A stretch of DNA of 64,000 bases from Camelus dromedarius (GCF_036321535.1 NC_087436.1:61630001-61694000); one strand, 5' to 3'. Shown: positions 1 through 13,540, counted from the stretch's first letter. Notes: a model not told the origin generated them from the letters alone. Numbers and translations are program-made.

Positions 1-1269
1 TACAGAAGACATTATTAAATAGTTAAGGAAATTTGCCCAAAAAGTTTCAACTACTGAGCTGAGATGCTAAAAGGTGAACTTGGGAAATGGACAGAGAATA
101 AATGAAAGAACTGAGTTGATTGTAGAAGACAAAGAGAGGATAAAACAATGCAAAGCGATTAGCAAATACATTTGTAAGTATTGACAAAGAGAACATTGGA
201 AAATGTCAAGTGCTTCATAAAATATGATGGAACAAAGTTACAGTTCTCCTAGGAGCATATAATCAGGATATTTATAGATTCAAAACAAATTGAAACAATG
301 CCAAGAGATACAGGGAAGTCCACAGAAATGCAAATGGGAGATGCAGGTAGGTGACAAGAGTTTGTGCAATGGAGGCTAATAAATAGCAACGATGAAACAA
401 GGAAAGAAGTAATTTAGCACATTTCAGACATGAAACACATAGAATGCTCCTGAATCTGGAACAATTGTGACCAGTGAGGCAACTTGAGGACAAATTTGTT
501 AATATCTCATCCTTTCAGACTTCACCAAAAATGTGTGGAATCCATTATCCAGTTATTTTATAGGATTCTATAGACTGCTAAATGTTTTACAAGTTCTTTT
601 GGACTTTTTGTCTATGGCCAGAACGCTTAGTTGAGAATAGGTTTAGGTGTGGGTGAAAAACAGACAGCAGAGCCTCTGAGTTACTCACTTTGTTCCATTT
701 CCTTCATCTGTGATCAGCTTCCTGGTTTTTCTAGTGTTCTGCTAATTTAGTGTCAGCTCTTAGATATATAAATGGTATCTTTCTCATCTTCATTTGGGGG
801 AATTAGGGACATACAGAGAAAAATAAATTGGACACATCCAAATGCTGACAAACACATCATTTTTAGGGCTTTTATCAAATATCTTACTTAGTTCTTGAAA
901 CATTCATTGGATAGTTAGTCTACATGAATCAGATTCTCCCTTTTCTAGCCTCTAGCATATCTACATTATAGCAGCATTAAAATCTGAAAATATAACATTA
1001 ACAGTCTTAACGAGAGCTGGCTGGGAAGCATGTGCATGTGGAAAAAATCTCCAACTAACTGATATGAAAATGTAAGAATCTGTGCTGCAATGGCCTTGGC
1101 ACAACGATTAATTTAAATTAATTTCCTTATATATAAGCACATACAAGCTTAACTTGAGTGTAATTACAGTGTAGATTACAAAGTTTTCTTCTTTCAACAT
1201 GCTTTGTAATAATCATGATAATGCTGTATAATATTTTTAAATTGCTTCTTAATGTTTGCTTAACATTTC

Positions 1270-1795
1270 ATTGAATATTAGGAAATGCTCAAAATAATTA
1301 ATCTCTGGAAAAATTAAAACCCCATTGAGATAATACTGCATAACCACAAGAATAACTAAAATGAAAAAGACTGGCAATATTATACTTTAGTGAGGTTGAG
1401 GAACAAATGTAACTTTTATGTATTGCTAGAAGAAATGTAAAATGCCACAGGCCAAGTTAAAAAATCACTTAGAAATATATCGTAGAATTTACAGTACACT
1501 TACTACATGACCCAGAAATCCCACTTATAGATATTTACCCATGAACAATAATCATATATGTTGACACAAAGAGTTTTATATTTGTAAGACTATAATCCAA
1601 AACTGGAAACATCCCAGATATCCATCAACTGATAAATGGGTGAACACATCTTGGTATAGCTATATGAAAGAATGCTACTCAGCAAAATAGGGAACAAATT
1701 ACTGATAAAGGCAACAACATATATGAAGCTCCAAAGAATTATGGTGAGCACAAGAAGCCAGACATAAGACTAGGTAATATTATTCCATTTTTATG
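1270..1795 (+). mobile_element. Old LINE-1 (L1MC/ME-like), ORF2 3' end fragment
   Basis: Degenerate L1 ORF2 C-terminal motifs: catgacccagaaatcccactt, aaactggaaacatcccagatatccatcaactgataaatggg, tactcagcaaaa, aagaagccagaca. Confidence 0.8.
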
Positions 1796-1939
1796 GAATT
1801 TATGAATGGTATTATTTTATTCATTTCAAGCTCCAATTTTTAGATGCTAAAAAATGTAAATGCAATCACTTTTAGTGTAATGACAAGTTCTACAACCTTG
1901 GTACACACATTTGTAAGTTTTCATAGTTACCGTATATGT

Positions 1940-4900
1940 TCCTTAGGATGTCCAATACAGGCATAATCATATCATCTGAGAATGAGGAAATTTTACTTTG
2001 TTTCCAATCTGTATGGGCTTGGAACTTTTTTTTTTAATTTTTCTTATTCTTCTGGGGAAATTTTACATTTATAAATTCAATTTTTATAATACATATAGAG
2101 CCATATATTGTATATAGACCTATTTAATACATGTAAATTGAGCTTTGAAAATTTTTGTCTTTAGAAGGATTTGTCCATTTTATTTAAATTGTCAGATCTA
2201 TTGAAATATAGTTGTTTATAATATCCTCTTTTTTTTTTTTTCAGTGTTTGTATCTGCAGTGATGTCTCTTCTTTCATTCTGGATAGTGATAACTTTTCTT
2301 TTTTTCTTGACCTGACCTTGATCTGAGATAAATGGTTATGCATTGTTTTTTCCAATTTTAAAGAACCATTGTTTGACTTTATTTTCTCTATTGCTTGTCT
2401 ATTTTTTGTTTTTTTGTTTCATTAGTTTCCACTTTAATCTTCCTTGTATTTTTCCATCTGCTTACTGTAGGCTTAATTTTCTTCACTAGTTTCTTAAAGT
2501 TGAAAATGAGATTTTTAATTTGAGAACTTTCCTCCTTTTTAGTGTTGGTGCTAAGTACTATGATTTTCCTCTAAGCAATGCTTTAGCCACATCTCCAAAT
2601 TTTTATACATTTTGTTTAACTTCCCTTCAGTTAAAAAAATTTCTATTTTCTTCTGTGATTTTTTCTTTTACTTATAAATTATTTATTTGTTTATTTCTCA
2701 TTTTCAAATATTTGAAGATTTTCCAGATACCCTTTTTTGTTGTTGATGATGATTATTTAATTCTGTTATAGTTAGAAAACAAAACTTTGCATGATTTTGT
2801 CATGGGAGAATAGGTTCTTGCCTTGCACAGGAAAGAATTCAAGAGCTAGAAATAGTAAAGTGAAAGCAAGTTTATTTAGAAAGATACACACTTCACAGAG
2901 AGTGGGGTCTATCTCACTCAGGTGGAAAAATGGCTCAGGAGATACACACTCCATAAGGCAGAATGTGGGCAATCTCAGAAGGATGCGAGGGAGAGAGACT
3001 GTGAGTTGTGGGGGTATTTAGTTTAAAGTAAAACCAGATACTCACTCCATAGACAGAGTATGGGCCATCTCAGAAGGCGAGAGAGAGCGACCATGAGGTG
3101 CAGAGTTGTTAAATTTTATGGGCTCGGTAATTTTATATGCTAATGAGTAGAAGGATATTCGAACTACTTTGGGGAAAGGGTGAGAATTTCCAGGAAATGC
3201 ACCCCCTACCTGCTTTTTGACCTTTTATGGTCAGCCTAGGAGCTGTCATGGCACCTGTGGGTATGCCTGACGCTCAAGGCCTACTGGAAGTCGAATCTTC
3301 TGCCGTCTTGATTCTAACCAGTTTTTCCTGTCCTCAATTACTGTGTCATTCCTTCAATCATTGTGCCCTGCCCCCTTTCCTCCCACTTCAATTTCATCTC
3401 TTCTAAATTTATAGATACTTTTTAATTGGAAGTAGGTTATCAGTCTTGGGGAGTATTTTATATACACTTAAAAAAATCAAATCATAGTCAACTCTTTTGG
3501 TGTGGAACGTTCTACAAATGCTAACTATGTCAAATTCCTTGATGCTGTTATTAAAATCTTCCTGTGTTCTTACTAGGTTTTTTTTTTTTTTTTTTTTTTG
3601 TAGGGGGGTTACTTGTTTTACTGATTGCAAAGAGAGGGATACTGAAGTTCTTAGGTCTAAGTATGTATTTGTTTAATTTTCTTCAACTTCCAGCAGTATT
3701 TGTTTTATGAATTTTGATATTCCAATACTAGATACATAGACACTTAGGATTGTTATGATTTCTTAATGAACTGTACCTTTTTTTCCTATAGAATGTATAT
3801 TTTTATCCCTAGTAATATTCTTTGTTCTGAAATCTACTTTGTCTGGTATTAATATAGCTACTCTAGCTTTCTGTTGATTAGTATTTGCATGGTTTTTATA
3901 TATACATATTTTTAAATCTTTTTACATTTAACCAATTTGAGTCTCTATAGTCATTGTAGCTTTCTTGTGTAGTATAGAGTTGGGTCATGCTTTTTATTTA
4001 CGCTGATACTCCCTTCTCTTTTACTTTGTGTAGTTAGATCATTTCAATTTAATACAGTTTTGTGTAAATCCACAATCTTGATATTTGTTTTCTAGTTTTC
4101 CACCTTCTGTTTGTTCTCTTTTTTCTTGTTTCCTGTCTTGTTTCAAGTTAATTGAATATTTATTATGGTTCTATTTTATCTCTACTGTTGGCTTATTTGA
4201 CATATATGTATATATGTTTAATAGTTTCTCTCAGGTTTGCAATATATCTTTAACTTATCATAGTTTATATTCAAATGATACCAAACTAGTTCATATATAC
4301 TGTAAGAACCTCCCAATTACTCCCTCTTGGCTTTTGTGATAATGTTGTCATATGCTTTACTTCTACCCATGTTATAATATTGACTACATAATTTTTGCTA
4401 CATATCATCAATTATTATCATAAAAGATTAAAAATTGAGGAAAAATGGCTTCAGTATTTACTCATGTAGTTAGCATTTCTGGCGCTCATCATTTCTTTTT
4501 GTAGCTCCAAATTTATCTCTGGTATCATTTTTGTTTTACTTAAAGGACTTTTTTTAATATTTCTTTTAGTGCAATTCTGCTAATGATAAATTTTGCCAGC
4601 TCATTTTTTGTGTATGTAAAAATTATTATTTTGCCTTTATCTTTAAAACATATTTTCTTTGGGCATGAAATTATCAGATAGCTTTTCTCCTTTTAGTAGT
4701 TTATAGATGTAAATTAATTTTCTTGTGGCTTACCTAAACTCTGACAAGAAGGTAACTATCATTCTTAGCTTTTAAAAAAATATAATTCATTTTTCCTCCC
4801 TTGCAACCCCTTTCAAGGTTTTTGCTGTGTCACTGATGTTTAGTGATTTCATTATGATGTTCCTCTGCATTTCTTAGGGTTTTTGAGCATCTTCAATCTG

Positions 4901-5990
4901 TAAAATTAGAGTTTTCATTGAGTTTGATACTATGCTAGTCATTTCTTTAATTTTTTCTTTACTTACACATATTTTTCCTGAGACTCCAATTAAACATATT
5001 TTTAGCAGTTTAATATTGCCGGGTTGGACACAGATCACTGATGTGCTGTTCAGTTTTTTTAGACTTTTTTCTGTGAGCTTTATTTTGAGTCACTGTATTA
5101 CTATTCCTTCAAGTTCACCGATCTTTTCTTCTAAAGTGTCTAATCTGAGATTACTCTCATAATTTTTCAATTAAAATGTATTTTTCATCTCTAGAAGTTC
5201 CACTTGACTCTTTATTATAAGCTTCTTTTTCTTTTCTTATCATGTTCATGTTTTCTTTACATCCCTGATCATGTTCATGATATTTATAATATATGTTTTA
5301 AAGTTTAATCTCTATAATTTGTGGATTTGCTTTTATTAATTAATTGTCCTCCTGGTTATGGGTCATATTTTCCTGTTACTTTGTATACCACAGAAGTTTT
5401 TATTGGATGATGGATTTTATAAATTTTACCATATTGGATGTGGATACAGAATAGCCTTTAGTTAGGCCTTATTTAGATGCGCATCTGAGATGATACCCTT
5501 CAAAGAACTTGAAATTGTCCTAAATTTGATGTCACTTCAATCTAGATAGTAGAATGTGACCTGTTCTATCCCTGTAAGTGCTCCAGGTATTATTGGACCT
5601 ACTAACTACTTTCCAATGTTTTATTCCTTGGTCCCATGGAATTTCAGCCTATGTTTATCCAGATCAGTATTCAACAAGGACTTTGGTATCTGGGGCTCTT
5701 TCCCTAAGTAACTCTGCCCCACAAGTTCTAGCTGCCTTGACCTTGCTTAACTCCTTTCACTGTCTCCTATCTCCTGCAAGTCTGTGAGGCCTCTAGGCTC
5801 TTTGTTCACTTGTGTGATCTGCAGCCTGGAAACTGCCACCATGGGGTAAGCTTGGGCAATCACAGAGCCCATCTCATTAGCTGCTCTTCTCATAGGGATC
5901 ACAGTCCTCTGCTGACTATTTTCCAATGTATGCAAACAGAAGTTTCATGTATTTTCTGATTATCTAGTTTTTAATGGTGGGAGAGAAATG
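1940..5990 (-). mobile_element. Old LINE-1 (L1M-type) spanning 5' region/ORF1/ORF2 N-terminal half, interrupted by a solo LTR
   Basis: T-rich strand. Minus ORF 2161-2355 (GYYKQLYFNRSDNLNKMDK) resembles L1 ORF2 EYYEQLYANKLDNLEEMDK; minus ORF 3409-3630 (DFNNSIKEFDIVSICRTFH) resembles the L1 endonuclease DLNNTINQLDLTDIYRTLH. Confidence 0.85.
2798..3390 (-). mobile_element. Solo LTR, ERV1 class (593 bp)
   Basis: TG...CA ends; 4-bp TSD ATTT (2794-2797 and 3391-3394); minus-strand AATAAA at 2871-2876 and TATA-like tract near 3131-3137; the host L1 resumes when it is removed. Confidence 0.9.
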
Positions 5991-6051
5991 GCAGTTAATT
6001 TTTCATATGTGGAAATTTCTTTTCCAGAAATTTCATAAGCATCTAATTCTT

Positions 6052-7630
6052 TGTGTTCTGGTTACTACTTCTGAGTAAAAATTACCCCTAAGTATGGCAG
6101 TTTTTTTTTTTTTTAACATTTTTTATTGATTTATAATCATTTTACAATGTTGTGTTAAATTCCAGTGTTCAGCACAATTTTTCAGTTATTCATGGACATA
6201 TACACACTCATTGTCACATTTTTTTCTCTGTGAGTTATCATAACATTTTGTGTATATTTCCCTGTGCTATACAGTGTAGTCTATTCTACAGTTTTGAAAT
6301 CCCAGTCTATCCCTTCCCACCCTCCACCCCCCTGGTAACCACAAGTCTGTATTCTCTGTCTGTGAGTCTATTTCTGTCCTTTATTTACGCTTTGTTTTTG
6401 TTTGTTTGTTTGTTTTTGTTTTTGTTTTTTAGATTCCACATATGAGCGATCTCATATGGTATTTTTCTTTCTCTTTCTGGCTTACTTCACTTAGAATGAC
6501 ATTCTCCAGGAGCATCCATGTTGCTGCAAATGGCATTATGTTGTCTGTTTTTATGGCTGAGTAGTACTCCATTGTATAAATATACCACATCTTCTTTATC
6601 CAGTCACCTGTTGATGGACATTTAGGCTGTTTCCATGTTTTGGCTATTGTAAATAGTGCTGCTATGAACATTGGGGTGCAGGTGTCATCCTGAAGTAGAT
6701 TTCCTTCTGGATACAAGCCCAGGAGTGGGATTCCTGGGTCATATGGTAAGTCTATTCCTAGTCTTTTGAGGAATCTCCACACTGTTTTCCATAGTGGCTG
6801 CACCAAACTGCCTTCCCACGAGCAGTGTAGGAGGGTTCCCCTTTCTCCACAGCCTCTCCAGCATTTGTCATTTGTGGATTTTTGAATGACGGCCATTCTG
6901 ACTGGTGTGAGGTGATATCTCATAGTAGTTTTGATTTGCATTTCTCATGTGCTTTTTGATCATTTGTATGTCTTCCTTGGAGAATTGCTTGTTTAGGTCT
7001 TCTGCCCATTTTTGGATTGGGTTGTTTATTTTTTTCTTATTGAGTCGTATGAGCTGCTTATATATTCTGGAGATCAAGCCTTTGTTGGTTTCACTTGCAA
7101 AAATTTTCTCCCATTCCGTAGGTTTTCTTCTTGTTTTATTTCTGGTTTCCTTTGCTGTGCAGAAGCTTGTAAGTTTCATTAGGCAGCTTTTTAAAATAGC
7201 CGTTTTACTTTTCGCAGTTTTCTGTGTCAGAAATTTGGGGATGTATGTCTGGAAAGCTCTGCTGAGGGACTCTTATATGGTTGCAGTTAGATGTGGAAGC
7301 TGAAATAGATGTAATCCCAATAAGGCTTATTTGATGTCCTGCAGTTGATTTGGTGGTCTGACTGTCCACTGGCCTCTCCAGCATAGTACTCTTGGCAAGT
7401 TAGTCTTCTTACATGGCATCTGGCTTCCCTCATAATGACTGCAAGGAAGACTGGGCATAAGCTTAATGGATTTTTATGATCTAGATTTGGAAGTTATATG
7501 GGGTCACTGGTTTTGTACCCTATTGTTGAAGGAGATACAAGCTGATCCAGGTTCTGGTGAGAAGACACTGCTCCCATCTGGCAGTGGGAATAATGTTAAA
7601 GAATTTGTGGTAATTTGTAAAACTGCCACA
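6052..7630 (-). mobile_element. MaLR/ERVL LTR (MLT1G/H or MER21-like), split by a young L1
   Basis: Starts tgtgttctggttact...aaattacccc, resumes after the L1 at 7182 (cagttttctgtgtcagaaatttggg) and ends aaagaatttgtgg...ctgccaca, the typical reverse-strand MLT1/MER21 layout. Confidence 0.7.
6101..7181 (-). mobile_element. Young lineage-specific LINE-1, 5'-truncated (ORF2 C-terminus, 3'UTR, poly-A)
   Basis: Poly-T at 6101-6114; ORF 6429-6941 gives the L1 ORF2 C-terminus ([17 protein letters not shown]...CWRGC...HC...[10 protein letters not shown]); TSD ggcag(c)ttttt at 6096 and 7182, followed by a TTTT/AA endonuclease site. Confidence 0.97.
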
Positions 7631-7694
7631 TCTTTATTAAGTTTCTTCCTGCTTGAAATATCTGCAGTGATTAATTTCCCTGACTAAATTCAGA

Positions 7695-8925
7695 AGTTGG
7701 TGTCATAATTTGGATGCTGCTGTAACAACAGAACTAAAATAGGTGGAGTTTATTTAGCAAAAAAGTGATAGGCAGCAATGAAAAATCTATAACTGCCAGC
7801 ACTATGGCAAGACAAATGATAAAATGATTCTTGTTATAACTTAGAATCCTTTTAGAGGAAAGTTTGAAAGAGAGTGATAGTGTGTGTTGGCTACTATTAG
7901 TGTGACATTTTGCCAGATATTATAAGAAAGAGATTAACCCAAGCAATAATTAACTTGTTTTCAAGTAGAGATCAAAGGTAACAGAGAAAGTTCAGAGCTC
8001 AAGTGCCTTACAAGATTGGAAAAGTTGACTGTTTCTTGAAACCAAATACTAAGAGTATTTGATTGTAAAGTTGTAAAAGGTTCTAGTAACCAAGATACAT
8101 AGTAAGACTCTTTATTAAAGAGTGAATCATTTGTGTGGTAATTATCAGATTAAACATATTTTTTTCTTATAAGACCCTATTGTTTCAGGTAGTGCCAATA
8201 ATGTCTCCAGTACTTTGAGAAAGAATGAACTAGGCAAGCTTTAAGACATAGTTTAAGAAACAACTTTGTGTATAGTTGCTGGGAACACAGAATTAACTAG
8301 AAGCAAATAGGAAAGAACTACCAGCTTAAGTGGACAGATCTATTAATATTTAGTGATCTTTAAAAAAAATAAAATCAAAAAAGCCCTGGGACCAAAAGTC
8401 AATGCAAAATTTGTTTAGCTTCTAAAGAAGACAGACATTTCTCATACTTTAGTGGATAATAATGGATATTCAACAAGGAAATACTTGAAAGAGGGCAAAA
8501 TATAGGATTCTCAGAAAACAATTCTTCCTAGAAAGAAGATTTGGGATATTAAGAATATCTCCCTATTCCTAGATATGGGGCCTTCACTATGCCTGCCCAG
8601 TGGAATGTCATACTTTCTGTGGGCCAGTGACTGCTTGTGTCATCCACTCCCTTCATTTCCAAACAAGAGATTCTGTTGGAGTCTTTCTTTCCTGCTTCAC
8701 CATTGAGGGTTTTATGGGTGGGGAGAAGACAACGTGTTAGTTTGGTTTCCAAGTTGCTGGATCATGGGAAGATGCGTCTGAACCTGATGACAAGAAATGT
8801 GCATCATCTGCAGTTTCTGGACATTCAACTGAATTCATGAATGAATGAGACTTTGGGGAAAGGGTGAATGAGCATTATGTGTGATAATAGAATGATATTT
8901 ATATGAGAATAAGAGGATGGAAAGT
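7695..8925 (+). mobile_element. MaLR internal region (MLT-int), degenerate
   Basis: Begins with a sequence like the MLT-int 5' end (ggatgctgctgtaacaacagaactaaaataggtggag) and ends in a purine tract just before an MLT1 LTR. Confidence 0.6.
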
Positions 8926-9340
8926 AGTATTAAGTTTGTGTATTATCAAAATGAGTTCCTCCTGGATACGCAGCTAGACTAAGTTCTTCAGTCTTCCTTG
9001 CAGTTACATGTGACCATATGACTAAATTCTGGTTCATGGAATGGGGCCCAAGTGATCTAAGCTATTTCCTGGGATAAGAATTTCCTGTAGAGATCCCATA
9101 GAAATCTGCATATATCTTCTTACTTTTTCTTTTCCAGTCTGCTGGTTGAATTATTAGAATTATTAGAGAATTTCAAGGGATACATAAGAGAAGGGATTGA
9201 ATCAATTGAATGACTACATGGAATACTCTCAACTGTAAACCTTCATAGGACTTAGATATGGGAAGAAAATTACTTTCATATTTTAAGCCCCTGAGAATTG
9301 GGAGGTATTTCTATTATAGGAACTAGAGTTACATAACACG
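8925..9340 (+). mobile_element. MLT1H/I/J-type MaLR LTR
   Basis: tccttgcagttacatgtgaccatatgactaaattctgg and the 3' motif ttttaagcccctgagaattgggaggtatttctattatag. Confidence 0.7.
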
Positions 9341-9349
9341 CACACATTG

Positions 9350-9538
9350 CTATGCGTAAAATAAACAAGGACCTACTGTATAGCACGGGGAACTATATTC
9401 AATTTCTTGTAATGAGCTATAATGAAAAAGAATCTGAAAATATATGTATATGTAGTTTGTATATGTGTAACTGAATTGCTTTGCTATACACCTTAAAGTA
9501 ATAATGTAAATAAACTATACTTTAATTTAAAAAAAAAG
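9350..9538 (+). mobile_element. LINE-1 3'UTR fragment, cetartiodactyl type
   Basis: aacaaggacctactgtatagcacggggaactatattcaat...tgtaaataaactatact followed by an A tail. Confidence 0.85.
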
Positions 9539-9559
9539 TCAAAACAAACATTATATAGG

Positions 9560-12500
9560 AAGTGCGGAGAAACGGCAGCTTTTAACTAAAGCAGAGAATC
9601 TACAAAAAAGAAAGGGGAAATTTAAGACTTTAGATCCTCAACTCATAGCACAGTTAGAGAACCAGAAAGTCCTTATGAATAACTTAAAATAATTTCTTAT
9701 TTTTATAACCATAGGGCCAATGGGGCCTATAATCTGACTCAAACTTATCCTGTGGGAAGCAGAATTATAATGCAGTTAAATTCACTTGACTAGCCAAGTC
9801 TCATATGTTAGGGAATTGATTGAAAAAGGGAGGGAACTCAAATATCAGAATAGGAATATATGTATATGTTCAGATAACCTTGACTGCTCTAATTTCATTG
9901 AACCTCTCTTGTCACCAGAAATTACCTGTAATAATCTTACCTAAGGCAAACAACTTTCAAAAGGAAGTTAATATTCCTTAAGATACCCAATCAATCCTCT
10001 TGGCTTCCATATTTATAACAAAGGGTCCCAGCACACCTAAATGGAGGACTAGTATATAATAAGTGATTTGGAGGGGTGTAATTCTCAAACTTAAATGATT
10101 AAAAATTTTTGTTCATTTATATCAATGAATCTTGAGAGCACAAGTGGGGGAAGGATCATACAGATATTTAACAAAAGAGCATAACATTGGATTGGGCTGA
10201 ACTAATTTATATGGGTTTATTTTTCACAGATTTTGATTCAAGGTTTTAGATGAAGAAACCTGTTGCTTTCTTGGTTGGTTGACTGCAATGTGGACTAAAT
10301 GATGACCTACATTAAATTAAGTTGAGTTTTTAGAATTTTCTTGATAAAAATAAAGAAGGGAATCCAAGGACTCATATGCAACCCAGTCAATGTCTCCCTC
10401 CCTCATTTATTCCACAAGAGTTCAGAAAATACTCCTTTTATGACAGCACTAAGAAATATATTTGTGAGGAAGTAGCAGCATTCTTTGAAATCTCTGTAGT
10501 AGCTTTTTCAGCAAGCTGGGGATGACCAGTAGGGCTATATACTACCATTGAAATGAGCTACAGGGGCTTGATGGGATCCTGGAGTGGCAGTACTCAATCA
10601 TGTGAAAAATGGGTATGGTTACCAAATGGGTAGCAAGGCTGAGGAAACAACAGAATTGTCTGGCTGATTCTGTCGGAATGGTCTAACTAATTAATCATGG
10701 TGTTCTTCTAGTGCTGAAATAGATGGGATATCTACTAAAATTACTTGATCCATATAACTGAAAAATGAAAAAGAAACGTAGGTTGAGTGAACAAGGACCT
10801 GACTTAAAACCACTATTTTGATTTGCCTTCCACATAGCCCATGTGGCTGCTGATTTTGAATGGAACTCAGATAAAAAATTTCTTCAACTGAGCATTAACT
10901 GATTCAGTGGCACCTCAGGTGTCCATGGAAGGTACAGATGCTCTATAAACCTCTGACAAGCCCAAGTAGGAGCATTATAGCATAGAATCCTAGAGTTTTG
11001 GAGCAACACCATGCACTTTGAAGATGTAATTAAGGTTATTAATCAGGTGACCTTGAAATAGGAAAACTATTCTCAATGATCCTGGTAAGCCTAATCTAAT
11101 TAATGGAGCCACTTAAAAACAGGAAGTTTTCTCTAGCTAGCATAGAGGAGGGAATCAGAGGTGTTTAAAGCATGACAGGATATGATGCACTGCTTCTGGC
11201 TTGACGACGAAAAGGGCCACATGTCAAAGAAACAGTGGCCTCAGTCCTATAACCTAAAGAAACTGAATTCTGCCAAAAACCTGAATGTACTTGGAAGTAG
11301 ATTCTTACCCAGGGCCTCCGGAAAGAAACACAGCACCACTCACACCTTGATTTAAACCTTATGGGACCTAAAGAAGAGAATCCATTCATATGATATCAGG
11401 CTTCTGACCTACCAGACTGTGAACTAATCAGTGAGTGTTATTTTAAGCCACTGAATTTGTGGTATTTTGTACATAGCAAGAGAAGATGAATACATTATTT
11501 GGTTCATTAAGTTCTAATATCAAGCATATACAGTGGTAGTCTATCAACAAATAGAAATGTGTCCTGTTGGCATAAATGTGAGCAAGTCTCTCTAACTTTT
11601 AAGACAATTGCTACTGCTACATTGCAACTTCTCTCTTTCAATTCCACCTATGGCCTCATGGAAAGTTATCTATGGTTAGCTGACTAAAAAAGTACATTGG
11701 GATATTATCTATAGAAGTTTCAAGTCTTATGTTGGTACCAATCTGAAATACAGGCATCACTATCCCACTCAGGAATGGCCATGCAATACATGGAAATAGG
11801 AAGAATGGAAATATTCCTAATGGGGTGAAAATCTGTATGTTCAGTTTGTGTAGAAGGAACAATGGCCAGATGTATGGATTTACATCTGTTTATGGGCAAG
11901 GGCTGATTTGGCTGAATGGCCAGGGACCTGGAAAAACATGATTGGAGAATTTTTGCCAAAACAAGTATGGAGAAGAGATACATGGACGGAACTCTCAGAG
12001 TGTAAAGATACTGCTGTTACATACAAATGCCCACCAGAGGATAGCTGCTCAATAGAGGCTTCCAGATTTAAGAAACAAGATGACTCATTCTGTGAATGTC
12101 AAACAGCCTCTCTCCTCCACCATCCTTGTGCTTGCTCAGTGGGCTCATTAACAAAATTTCCATGATGACAGGAAGAGGGGTATGCTACAGGTAAATAAAA
12201 TGCATATCCACTCACCAAGTGCTATAACCACTTGCCAAAGGTAGAGACTAATGTTGAGCTCCTGATATGACACCCACTTCCTGAGGTCCAACCAGCAAGA
12301 TGATAAACTGATTATATTTGATCTCTTCTATTTTGAAAGATGCAATGGTTTGTCCTCTTTGGAATAACACATAGTCTGAAAATGGATTTGCCCTTCTTAT
12401 CCACACCCTAGCTTCTGCTAGCACCACTTGTAGACTTTCCAAATACTATGTCTACTGCCATGTTTGACCAAGTGACATTTTTATAGCAAAAGTAATGATG

Positions 12501-12900
12501 AATGGGCTTAATCCAGAGGATTTACTAGTTTTATCATGTGCCAAATCAGCCATTGTAATGGAAGGATGGCTTAGTGGAAACATAGAGTAACCTACTAAAA
12601 ACACTAGTAACAGTCTTAGTTGGGTGATAACAAATTGCAGTATTGGAGAACAGTTCAAAAGATTCAAAGTGATAGCCCACTCACAAGCTTTTTGTGTTCT
12701 GTTCCCATGACTTCGGGCTCTACTGCCTTAAACATGAAGTGGAATGTTTCCACTAGAAGATGTAACCACAGTCCCATTAAAAGAGAAGTTGTGATTGCCA
12801 TGTGGCCACTTCTGTCTTCTCATATCATTGACTGAACAGTCAAACAAAGAACTTACAGTGCAGGGCAGGATGATTAAATCTGATTATAAATATAAAATAT
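9560..12900 (+). mobile_element. Degenerate ERVL internal sequence (HERV16/ERVL-E-like gag-pol relic)
   Basis: Segments resemble ERVL gag DNA (9760-9860, 10175-10330) and pol RNaseH/integrase DNA (11700-12750); many stops and deletions, no intact ORF. Confidence 0.7.
11015..11494 (+). mobile_element. MLT1D/E MaLR LTR nested in the ERVL relic
   Basis: ctttgaagatgtaattaagg...aaggaactgaattctgcc-like core; end ttttaagccactgaatttgtggtattttgt...gaataca. Confidence 0.85.
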
Positions 12901-12906
12901 GTTTAT

Positions 12907-13081
12907 TGGGGTTACGAATGCTAGATAAAAATATAGGATATCCAGTTAAAATTGAATTTCAGAAAAACAATACAGGCAATTTTAGGGGTATACTTAAAAT
13001 TAAATAACTTTTGTTATTTTATCTGAAGTTCAAATTTAACTGTATTTGCTATGTTTTTATTTTCTAAATCTGGCAACTCTA
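12907..13081. mobile_element. MER53 hAT MITE (palindromic)
   Basis: Arms cagttaaaattgaatttcaga / tctgaagttcaaatttaactg are inverted repeats; terminal aaatctggcaactcta matches the recalled MER53 end. Confidence 0.85.
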
Positions 13082-13149
13082 ATTGGGTGTAAGGTGATGT
13101 ATTTCTGGAAACCAAGGGATTCTCAGATACTGTTGATCTTTCTTTTCTT

Positions 13150-13540
13150 TCCATTTCTAACCATTTTAGTTCTAATCCTCATCACCATACAAACTATTGC
13201 TACAGCTGTGATAAGCCTGCTTGCTTTGGTGTTTCCTCTACAGTCAATCCTGTATACCAAGATAGAAAAGTCAACCTAAAACTGCTAGCATACCATATCA
13301 TTCCTCTGCTTGAAAAGCATCAAGGACTCTTCTTTGTTACAGAGATAAAGTTCAAACCCCAGAGCATCAAATTCAGAGCCTTTTATGCATCATGCTCTTT
13401 CCCGACAACATCCTTAGGTGAACTTCCTAATCCAACCAGAGATGTTTTCTTCACTGATGCGTGTTTTCTCATGTAAACTTATCTAAATCTGAGATTTAAA
13501 AGTCCCGCATCTTCTGTTAAAGTTTCTCTTATCATTCCAA
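13150..13540 (+). mobile_element. L2 LINE fragment
   Basis: catatcattcctctgcttgaaaagcatcaaggact...gataaagttcaaacccc resembles the L2 3' region. Confidence 0.6.

Noticed and set aside
1..500. Purine-rich stretch that could be a very old LINE (RTE/CR1) relic
   Set aside because: No motif I can assign with confidence.
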